Shown in pieces: positions 40,034-47,605 of a stretch of 61,670 nt of DNA. The stretch's first letter is position 1. The number at the start of each line of letters is the position of its first letter. A program made the position numbers and the translations under genes. Source of the DNA: Clostridia bacterium DTU084 (GTDB lineage: Bacteria; Bacillota; DTU084); contig LFTB01000140.1 in assembly GCA_001512905.1 (NCBI GenBank), forward strand, positions 1-61,670. The letters run 5' to 3'. Under the pieces are notes generated by a model. The model was not told the origin of the DNA. It ran no database searches and was given only the letters and a program-made list of their open reading frames with translations.

Positions 40034-41413
40034 TCAAATTTTCTCCAATATGCTCCTTGCAGCTACAACACCGCTGATAGATGCCTGAACCAAACCCCGG
40101 GTTATCCCTGCACCATCGCCGATTAGGTAGAGGTTTGCCAGCTGCCGGCTCTCCAGCTTATCTGTGAGCTCGAAGCGGGAAGAGTAGAACTTGACTTCAA
40201 CACCATACAGCAGGGTGTGGCGTGAATTTACACCAGGCGCCAGCCGATCTAGTGCCTCCAGCATCTCTAGAATGGAAAGGAGATGCCTATAGGGGAAGAC
40301 CAGGCTCAAATCGCCAGGTGTGGCTGCTTTTAAGGTGGGACGCACAAGGCCCCGTTCAATGCGTTCGGCTGTGGAGCGGCGGCCGGAACGCAGATCCCCA
40401 AGGCGCTGGACAATTACCCCTTCTCCCAAGAGATTTGCCAAGGCTGCAACGTTTTTGCCGTAGGCAATAGGATCCCGGAAGGGTTCTGTGAAATTTTTGC
40501 TGACCAGAAGCGCAAAATTCGTGTTCTCTGTCCGCTCTGTGGCATGGGTGTGACCGTTTACTGTCACCAGACCCCCGTTGTTTTCTGTCACAACCTGGCC
40601 GTGAGGGCACATGCAAAACGTCCGCACCTGGTCGTCAAAGGAGGGAGCGTAGTAGAGGAGCTTGGCCTCGTAGGCCACTTGGGTGATGGGCTCGAAGACC
40701 GCTGCAGGCAGCTCCACCCTAACTCCCACATCCACCGGATTCATGGCTGTGGCAAGCTGCAGAGCCTTGGCTTGTTCGGCAAGCCACCCTGCTCCTTCCC
40801 TGCCTGGAGCAACAATTAAGTGATCGCAGGCAAGTACCTGGCCGTCTTCCAGCTCCACCCCTGAGACCTTCCTGCCTGTGGTGAGAATGTTCCTGGCCCG
40901 GGTTTGGGGGCGAATTTCCACTTTCTCCTGCAGATACTGATACATGCTTTCCAAAATTGTGGCAGTGCGGCCTGTGCCCAGATGGCGCACAGGATAAGGA
41001 ATCAGGCGCAGATCAGCTGCCAGCGCTTTCCGCTCCAGTTCTGAAAAGCTCTCCTGGTCTGTTCCCCATAGTTCTTGGGGAGCACCGAACTTTAGATAGC
41101 TTTCGTCCACGTAAAGGATCAGCTCTTCCAGAGCAGCTTGCTCTATATATTTATCCAAGTGACCCCCTACAGCTGCTGTTAATGTCAGTTTGCCGTCGCT
41201 TAAGGCACCTGCCCCGCCCCAGCCAGATACTACCTGACAAGGGCTGCAGCCAATACAGCGTCCTAATTGAGTTGTGGGACACTGCCGCTTTTGGATTAAT
41301 GGACCTTTTTCCAACATTAAGACCCGGGGCAGACTGCTGCCCCGGGCCACTTCCAGGGCAGCAAAAATACCTGCCGGACCCGCTCCAACAATGATCAGAT
41401 CGTATTTTTCCAC
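40034..41413 (-). CDS. FAD-dependent oxidoreductase (uncharacterised FAD-dependent dehydrogenase type, with a Cys cluster)
   Basis: The N-terminal dinucleotide fold DLIIVGAGPAGIFAA is present, followed by CPTTQLGRCIGCSPC. Confidence 0.75.
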   Translation of the reverse strand: MEKYDLIIVGAGPAGIFAALEVARGSSLPRVLMLEKGPLIQKRQCPTTQLGRCIGCSPCQVVSGWGGAGALSDGKLTLTAAVGGHLDKYIEQAALEELILYVDESYLKFGAPQELWGTDQESFSELERKALAADLRLIPYPVRHLGTGRTATILESMYQYLQEKVEIRPQTRARNILTTGRKVSGVELEDGQVLACDHLIVAPGREGAGWLAEQAKALQLATAMNPVDVGVRVELPAAVFEPITQVAYEAKLLYYAPSFDDQVRTFCMCPHGQVVTENNGGLVTVNGHTHATERTENTNFALLVSKNFTEPFRDPIAYGKNVAALANLLGEGVIVQRLGDLRSGRRSTAERIERGLVRPTLKAATPGDLSLVFPYRHLLSILEMLEALDRLAPGVNSRHTLLYGVEVKFYSSRFELTDKLESRQLANLYLIGDGAGITRGLVQASISGVVAARSILEKI

Positions 41414-41444
41414 CTTAAGCTGCCCTCCTGTTACGTAGGTAGAG

Positions 41445-42389
41445 TTAATATTCCCACTTTCCTGTTTCCATAAACCTCACTGTTTCTTCCCAAGAGCGGA
41501 TTCCGCCTGTGGCGCCTAGACCTGTCACGCAGCTGGCGCCAACAGCGTTGGCAAGTTTGCCAGTGCGCTCGAGATCCCATCCGTGGACAACCCCTGCCAG
41601 AAATCCTGCCACAAAGGAGTCGCCTGCGCCTGTGGCGTCCACTGCTTCCACTTTATAGGGAGGAATCCAGTATTCCTCAGTGGCGCTGCGGACATAGGAG
41701 CCTTCACTGCCCATCTTCAACCCTACAATCTTCACGCCGCGATCCAGGAAGAAACTTGCGATCTCCTCTGGCTTCTCAAGGCCGGCGATCATCTTGGCCT
41801 CTTCGATGCTGGGCAGGAAGATATCTATGTATTCGAGAACGGGAAGCAGAACCGAGCCCCAGCGGCCTTGGGCATCCCAAGCTGTGTCCAGGGATGTGGT
41901 AAGGCCGAGATCCCGGGCGCGCTTGAGGAGCCTGCCTGTGGGTTCCCCGTCCAGTTTAGGCATCAGAAAAGTGCCGGCAACGTGCAGGATCTTGCCGCCC
42001 TCCAGCACTGAATCAGGCACATCAGTGTCTGTAAGGTCTTGGTTGGCACCAAATGAATGGATGAAACTCCGCTCTCCATCTTTGTCCACCAGAACCAGTG
42101 ATGCTGAGGTGTTGTAGTCTGCGCTGCGGCTGATCCCAGATACATCCAAGCCAGATTTGGAGAGGGCCTGGACCATGAAATCTCCGAAACCGTCCTGTCC
42201 CACCTTCCCGACTACAACTGTGGAAACCCCCAGTTTCGCCAGGGCAGCGCCTGTGTTGGCTGCACAGCCGCCTGTGTGCAGCTGCAGATCGTCAACCAAA
42301 CTCAATTTACCTTTATCAGGTATTTCAACAACAGGACGGGCCACTGCATCAGCAACCAAAAGGCCCACACAAATTACGTCAGCCATCAT
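41445..42389 (-). CDS. PfkB-family carbohydrate kinase
   Basis: GGCAANTG is near the N-terminus, and the DATGAGDSF anion-hole motif is near the C-terminus. The ATG at 42389 lies 5 nt after AAGGAG. Confidence 0.88.
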   Translation of the reverse strand: MMADVICVGLLVADAVARPVVEIPDKGKLSLVDDLQLHTGGCAANTGAALAKLGVSTVVVGKVGQDGFGDFMVQALSKSGLDVSGISRSADYNTSASLVLVDKDGERSFIHSFGANQDLTDTDVPDSVLEGGKILHVAGTFLMPKLDGEPTGRLLKRARDLGLTTSLDTAWDAQGRWGSVLLPVLEYIDIFLPSIEEAKMIAGLEKPEEIASFFLDRGVKIVGLKMGSEGSYVRSATEEYWIPPYKVEAVDATGAGDSFVAGFLAGVVHGWDLERTGKLANAVGASCVTGLGATGGIRSWEETVRFMETGKWEY

Positions 42390-42391
42390 GC

Positions 42392-43360
42392 TCACTCCTT
42401 GTTTAATTGTTCAATCACTGCTTTGGCTATTTGCGATGCCAGGCGTGAATACTCATCAGATCCCACCACACACCCTTGACAGGTAGGACAGAAAGCGTTG
42501 GGAGATGAACAAACATCTGCTGTGCCGAAAACCTTGATCTTTTCCATCACCAGATCCCGCATGGCTTCTCTGGCCGCGATCAAAAGATCCGGAAAACTGA
42601 TAAAGGACGGATCTTTATCCAAAATGCCGCGGATCCTGTGGGAGGCAATTTGGGCCATCTCTGTATAGACGTTGATTTTGCAGATCCCAAGCTCGATGGC
42701 GCGTTTGAAATCTTCGTCTGGAATGCCGGAGCCTCCGTGGAGCACCAGGGGAATGCCTGTTGCATCGCGGATCTCTGCAAGTCTCTTGAAATCTAGTTTG
42801 GGTTTTGCCCTGTAAAGGCCGTGGGCTGAACCAATTGCCACAGCCAAGGCGTCCACCTTAGTTCGCTTCACAAAGTCTTCCGCTTGTTTTGGATCTGTCA
42901 GCATCCCTCTGTCGTCTGTGGCCTCTGAAGAACCTTCAGCCCCACCTACAACCCCTAATTCTGCCTCCACTGTAACGCCGATGGCGTGGGCCATTTTCAC
43001 GATCTCCCTGGTCTGCTGCACGTTTTCCTCATAGGGAAGGGTGGAGCCGTCAAACATCACTGACGTAAAGCCGGCGCGCAGCGCCCGCATTATCGCTTCA
43101 AAGCTCACGCCGTGATCTAGGTGCAGCGCTGCAGGGATGGCTGCCTTTTCAGCTGCCCTTCTGATTACAGGGGCGATGGTTTCCAGATCAACGTACTTGA
43201 AATGGACTTCAGCCACATTCAGGATCACAGGAGAGCGCATTTGGGTTGCTGCCTCTAAAATCGCCTGCAGGGACTCCAGGCTAACCACATTGAAAGCTCC
43301 CACTGCATAGCGCCTGCTCTGGGCTCCGTGTAAAATGTCTTTGAGATTAACTAATGCCAT
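42392..43360 (-). CDS. Class II ketose/fructose-bisphosphate aldolase family protein with a Cys-rich C-terminal extension
   Basis: LHLDHG, GSAHG and LVLHGGSG motifs are present. There is an extra ~41-aa tail containing CSSPNAFCPTCQGC. The start overlaps the upstream gene by 14 nt. Confidence 0.88.
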   Translation of the reverse strand: MALVNLKDILHGAQSRRYAVGAFNVVSLESLQAILEAATQMRSPVILNVAEVHFKYVDLETIAPVIRRAAEKAAIPAALHLDHGVSFEAIMRALRAGFTSVMFDGSTLPYEENVQQTREIVKMAHAIGVTVEAELGVVGGAEGSSEATDDRGMLTDPKQAEDFVKRTKVDALAVAIGSAHGLYRAKPKLDFKRLAEIRDATGIPLVLHGGSGIPDEDFKRAIELGICKINVYTEMAQIASHRIRGILDKDPSFISFPDLLIAAREAMRDLVMEKIKVFGTADVCSSPNAFCPTCQGCVVGSDEYSRLASQIAKAVIEQLNKE

Positions 43361-44522
43361 TGTTTTCCCTCTCTTTTTTCAGCAAATTCCTGGCCTGTCT
43401 TGCCACCATGATCTCCTCTTGGGTCTTGATCACAAGCACCTCGCAAGGCCCTTTACCGATTGCCCCTTCCTCTACATCCTCGTTTTTCGCAGGATCAAGG
43501 GCAATGCCCAAAAAGTCAAGACCCTGACAAATCTGGGCGCGGATTGAAGGGCTGTGCTCGCCGATTCCGCCTGTAAACACCAGCACGTCCACGCCGCCAA
43601 GGCTGGCTGCAAAAGCACCGATGTATTTTTTCACCTGGTAGCAGAAAACATCGATGGCAAGGGCAGCTCTGCTGCTGCCAGCACTGCGGGCCTCCTCGAG
43701 ATCCCGCATGTCGCCGCTTAAGCCGCTGATCCCTAAAAGCCCTCCTTTTTTGATCAGCTGCTGGGACAGCTCTTGAGCTGAAAGTCCAAGCTGCTCTCCA
43801 AGGTACGGGAAGAGCCAAGGGTCGAAATCTCCAGGCCTCGTGCTCATGATGGTCCCTGCCTGGGGGGTAAGGCCTGAGCTGATATCAACTGACTCCTCGC
43901 CCCTGATGGCAGCCACCGACGTGCCGCTTCCCAGGTGACAGGAAATAATCCGCAGATCATCTTTGCCCAAAATCCTTGCAACTTCTTGGGAAACGTAGCG
44001 GTGGGAGGTACCGTGGAAGCCGTATTTTCTGGCGCCGTATTTCTCTTGCCATTCATAAGGGATGCCGTAGGTGTAGGCGTAAGCTGGCAGGGACTGGTGA
44101 AAGCCTGTTTCAAAAGCAGCCACCTGCTTGAGGTCCCCGAACAGCTCCTGGCAGAGCTCAATACCTGCTAGAGCCGGCGGATTGTGAACAGGCGCCAGTG
44201 GAATGCAGGCGCGGATTGCCTCTTTCACCTTTTCGTCCACAAAAACAGCTTCCCGGAAAAAGGAGCCGCCATGGGCCACCTTATGGGCAACAGCAGCCAG
44301 CTTCTCCTTCTTCAGCAGGCCGTGGCTGCTGAGCCTGTCCAAAACTGCAGCTAGAGCTTCTTTAGGCGACAGCTCTCCCAATAGTTCCCTGCCGAAATCG
44401 GCCTTCAGCTCTGCGTCCTTTGTGCCCAGCCTATCCACCTGCCCGCTGGAGAGGGCCTTTCCTTCCTCTTCCAAGAGAAATTTGAAGGATGATCCTCCGA
44501 AGTTGAGAACCAAGATCTGCAT
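43347..44522 (-). CDS. Acetate/propionate kinase family protein
   Basis: ILVLNFGGSSFKF, YGFHGTSHRYV, CHLGSGTSV and FTGGIGE are present. A strong GAGGAGGTG ribosome-binding site precedes the start. Confidence 0.88.
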   Translation of the reverse strand: MQILVLNFGGSSFKFLLEEEGKALSSGQVDRLGTKDAELKADFGRELLGELSPKEALAAVLDRLSSHGLLKKEKLAAVAHKVAHGGSFFREAVFVDEKVKEAIRACIPLAPVHNPPALAGIELCQELFGDLKQVAAFETGFHQSLPAYAYTYGIPYEWQEKYGARKYGFHGTSHRYVSQEVARILGKDDLRIISCHLGSGTSVAAIRGEESVDISSGLTPQAGTIMSTRPGDFDPWLFPYLGEQLGLSAQELSQQLIKKGGLLGISGLSGDMRDLEEARSAGSSRAALAIDVFCYQVKKYIGAFAASLGGVDVLVFTGGIGEHSPSIRAQICQGLDFLGIALDPAKNEDVEEGAIGKGPCEVLVIKTQEEIMVARQARNLLKKERENNGIS

Positions 44523-44534
44523 TTATTCACCTCC

Positions 44535-46469
44535 TCAAAGGCTGCTGCCAAGCGGTGCAGTTAGTTGTCTGTAGATGGGAATTTCCCGCTCTTTTAAGTA
44601 CTGGTACAGATCAGGCAAATCCCAGCTGTCCAGGGGACCGAAGAGAATGGGAACCCGCTCCAAGGGATAAAGACGGGTTTTGACGATCTCAGCAAAATCA
44701 GGCTGCATCTGAGACAGGCGCAGCTGGCTAACCTCTGTAAGGGGTGCTGCAAGGGCTGCCAAAAGCGCTCCCCTGCCCCTGCCTGCCAGCACCAGCTTTT
44801 CCCTGCCTGCGCGTCCGCGCAGGTACTCTGCTCCCCTCAAGACGTCTGCAACCTGCAGCCCGACAAGCGAGGTTCCCAGCATTTGGGCATCGCAGCTGAG
44901 GCGGAATTCAGTTTCGAAGAAATGATGAGGCTGTCCTTTTATAGAATTAATAACACGAGGGGAGACTGCTCCCCGCCCCCTGGGATCGAAAAGGAAGACC
45001 TGCCGCTTCTCTGCAAGCAGTGAAGCGATGAGCTCCCAGGAGCGCTCTGTTTCCGCTGTTCCGTCCTCCAAAAGGAGCAGCACAGGATCCTCTGCAGGCT
45101 CAGTTGGGGTGAACAGAAGTCCGCTCACCAAAATCCCAGGCTCGCTCCAGAAGAAGATCTTCTCGCGCTTGATGCCGTCTGCGATTTCATTATTCGCGAT
45201 CACTCTGGGATAGGTAGGCCCGGACAATTTGGGAAGGCCTAAAGTTTTCTCCAATAGTCCCGGGGTGAAGTCTTTGTGCTGGACTTTCCCAAGTTCTTCC
45301 AGGATAATGTCGTGGATTGTCGCAGCTTCTGGGAAATCTCCCAGCACCTGCCCTGATTCTGTGCAGTAGAGCTCTTGAGGATCCCGAGTTTTCGGATCCC
45401 CTGTTTCGAAATCAGCAGGCAGGCCTAAAAGGTGGACCCGGAACCAGTTCACAGCTGCCTGTCTCAAGAGGGGATGATAGCAGTGGGTGCCCGGCGCCAC
45501 CTCAAGCTGCAGCTTGTCCTCTGCTCCGTAGAGAGCATAGACTCTGCGGGCCTTCTCCACAGAACGCACTGCCCCTTCAACGTTGAAGAAGTCTGAGTCC
45601 ACTGCCCCCACCATGGCAGGCCTGGGTGCAAAAGCAGCCAGGAAATCGTCGTGATCCGGCCCATGGGTGATGGCGCCTAAAGTGTTCTGTTCCATATCGT
45701 GGGCCTGACCTGTGCCTAAATACGCTTTTCGAGAAGTTATGTATGTGCAGGGGGCAGCAGCTTTGAGGCGGTCGTCGAGAAGCATCATATAACTTGTTTG
45801 GGTTCCGCCGCCGCTGTTGCCTGTGATTCCGAGTCTTGTGCTGTCCACTTCAGGCCGGCTGGAAAGGTAATCTAAGGCTCGGATGAGATCCCAGACAAAG
45901 TAGCGGGCAATGCTCATCCCTAAAAGGGAACACTTGATCCCTGAATAACTGTGCTCAACTGTTCCCCACCGGACATCTTCCCTGCCGTCCCGCCAGTACT
46001 GCAGCCGCTCCCCTTGGCCTTGGGGATCAACAGCCAGCACTGCAAATCCGTTGGCTACCAGATCCAAACAGACCTTTTGATAGACTGGGTAGGCTTTCGC
46101 ATCTCTCGAATGGCCGCAGGCAAACAAAATGCCTGGCACAGGACCTTCACCTTCGGGAAGGTAGAGGTTGGATGTGACAAAAAAACCTGGTAGGCTTTGG
46201 AAGATCACCTTCTCGATTCTGTAGCCTTCTCCCTGGATCACGCCTGTTATTTGCGGTTCCAGCTCACATTTCGAGGTGGGCAGCCCTCCTATGACTTTGA
46301 GAAAATGCTCCCGTACCTTTTGCCGGTATCTTTGGCAGTCTTCTATACTATTGAGATTGCTCTTTTCGCAATCGCGCCTGGCAATTGCTTCTTCTGCTTT
46401 GCGGCGCAGGTAATCGATGAGCTGGCTTTCCACATCGTGGTAGCCGTCTAAAAAAGGACCAAACTGCAT
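44535..46469 (-). CDS. Large alpha/beta-hydrolase (acetyl-esterase/acetylxylan-esterase-like) with an extra C-terminal domain
   Basis: The nucleophile elbow ITGNSGGG is preceded by GILFACGHS...AVDPQGQGE. Total length is 644 aa. The C-terminal ~250 aa are unassigned. Confidence 0.65.
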   Translation of the reverse strand: MQFGPFLDGYHDVESQLIDYLRRKAEEAIARRDCEKSNLNSIEDCQRYRQKVREHFLKVIGGLPTSKCELEPQITGVIQGEGYRIEKVIFQSLPGFFVTSNLYLPEGEGPVPGILFACGHSRDAKAYPVYQKVCLDLVANGFAVLAVDPQGQGERLQYWRDGREDVRWGTVEHSYSGIKCSLLGMSIARYFVWDLIRALDYLSSRPEVDSTRLGITGNSGGGTQTSYMMLLDDRLKAAAPCTYITSRKAYLGTGQAHDMEQNTLGAITHGPDHDDFLAAFAPRPAMVGAVDSDFFNVEGAVRSVEKARRVYALYGAEDKLQLEVAPGTHCYHPLLRQAAVNWFRVHLLGLPADFETGDPKTRDPQELYCTESGQVLGDFPEAATIHDIILEELGKVQHKDFTPGLLEKTLGLPKLSGPTYPRVIANNEIADGIKREKIFFWSEPGILVSGLLFTPTEPAEDPVLLLLEDGTAETERSWELIASLLAEKRQVFLFDPRGRGAVSPRVINSIKGQPHHFFETEFRLSCDAQMLGTSLVGLQVADVLRGAEYLRGRAGREKLVLAGRGRGALLAALAAPLTEVSQLRLSQMQPDFAEIVKTRLYPLERVPILFGPLDSWDLPDLYQYLKEREIPIYRQLTAPLGSSL

Positions 46470-46620
46470 GGTAATCCCTCCGTTTCTCTGCTTTATATAT
46501 TCAGGCCACAGCTGCTAATTCCTGCCAGCTTCTCCAGGGCTTGTTTCAAAAAGATGTGTTTTTTGCAGTCAGCTTTTTTAAATCCCTCCCCGCGAAATTG
46601 CCCCATGATTGACTGTTAAG

Positions 46621-46649
46621 ATTATAGCAAAAATTCTTCTACATTGCTA
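46621..46649 (-). promoter_or_regulatory. Candidate promoter for the esterase-to-FAD-protein operon
   Basis: Minus-strand TAGCAA, a 17-nt spacer, then a perfect TATAAT preceded by TGC (extended -10). It overlaps the cwlD stop codon. Confidence 0.45.
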
Positions 46650-47462
46650 GCGATTTCTAAGGAGTTTGCCGAAAGGTCTTCGCAGCGGACCCATAGTTTG
46701 TCCTGCAATAGCGCTTTTTCTCAAATAATCTATAATCCCTACCCCTATGGCAAAGGCCATGGCTTTTTGGTAGTCCGGATCTTGCAGGAGCTTTTTATCT
46801 TCAGGGTTGGTGATAAAACCCATCTCAACCAGACTGCCGGGCATTGCCGCTTCCCGAAGGACAAAGAAATTCCCAGGCAGGATCCGGACCCTTAGGCGGT
46901 CTGCTTCCAAAAAACTTCGGAAAACGATCCGATCGATGGCTTGGGACAGGGAAGCTGCCAGCTTCATTCCTTCTTCGGCCTTGGGATGATAAAACACTTC
47001 CACACCCCGGCTGTCTGGCCGGTTAGGCCTGGAATTGACGTGGATGCTCACTAAAACGTCTGCGCCGCTTTGATTGATGAGCTTGCGCCTGGCTGCCAGA
47101 TCCCGGCGGTAGCGGCTGCCTCCCAGGTCGCTGTATTCTTCAAGGGACATATCTTTTTCCCTTGTCATGGCGACCCTCATGCTTTTGCTTTCCAGATATG
47201 CTTTCAGCAAAAGGGCCACTTCCAGGTTCAGGTCCTTTTCCAGCAAGCCCTCTCCGTCGTGGGTCCCGCCGTCAATCCCTCCATGGCCTGGGTCTATGAC
47301 CACACTTTTCTGGGACAAATCCAAAGAACGGACAGCCATCAGCACAGCTGAGGCTTTGTAGATTAACAAAAACCCCATAAGCACAGAGACAAACAAAAGG
47401 GGAATAGTATACCTTCCGATGTAAATAACAACTGCCTGAGGCCTCCTGTGCAATCCCCTCAC
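46647..47462 (-). CDS. cwlD: N-acetylmuramoyl-L-alanine amidase, CwlD-like (spore cortex muramic-lactam pathway)
   Basis: There is an N-terminal TM, then the Amidase_3 signature VVIDPGHGGIDGG...SIHVN...E.GF.TN. I chose the GTG at 47462 after GGTGGAG. The start is uncertain, and the track ORF extends to 47510. Confidence 0.8.
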   Translation of the reverse strand: MRGLHRRPQAVVIYIGRYTIPLLFVSVLMGFLLIYKASAVLMAVRSLDLSQKSVVIDPGHGGIDGGTHDGEGLLEKDLNLEVALLLKAYLESKSMRVAMTREKDMSLEEYSDLGGSRYRRDLAARRKLINQSGADVLVSIHVNSRPNRPDSRGVEVFYHPKAEEGMKLAASLSQAIDRIVFRSFLEADRLRVRILPGNFFVLREAAMPGSLVEMGFITNPEDKKLLQDPDYQKAMAFAIGVGIIDYLRKSAIAGQTMGPLRRPFGKLLRNR

Positions 47463-47548
47463 TCTTTCTCCACCCCCACCTGCAAGCTCCTTCCTTTGAT
47501 GTTTATTCAATTGCGGGGGCGAAGATGAGCACGCTTCTATTGTTGAAT

Positions 47549-47579
47549 AAAAAAAGCCCCCTGCCGAAAAGCAAGAGGC
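47549..47579 (-). terminator. Intrinsic terminator closing the four-gene fibre-like locus
   Basis: Minus-strand GCCTCTTGC-TTTTCG-GCAGGGGGC is a 9-bp stem with two G-U pairs. It is followed by TTTTTTT. Confidence 0.8.
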
Positions 47580-47605
47580 GTGAACTAATTGTTTGTAATC
47601 CTGTT

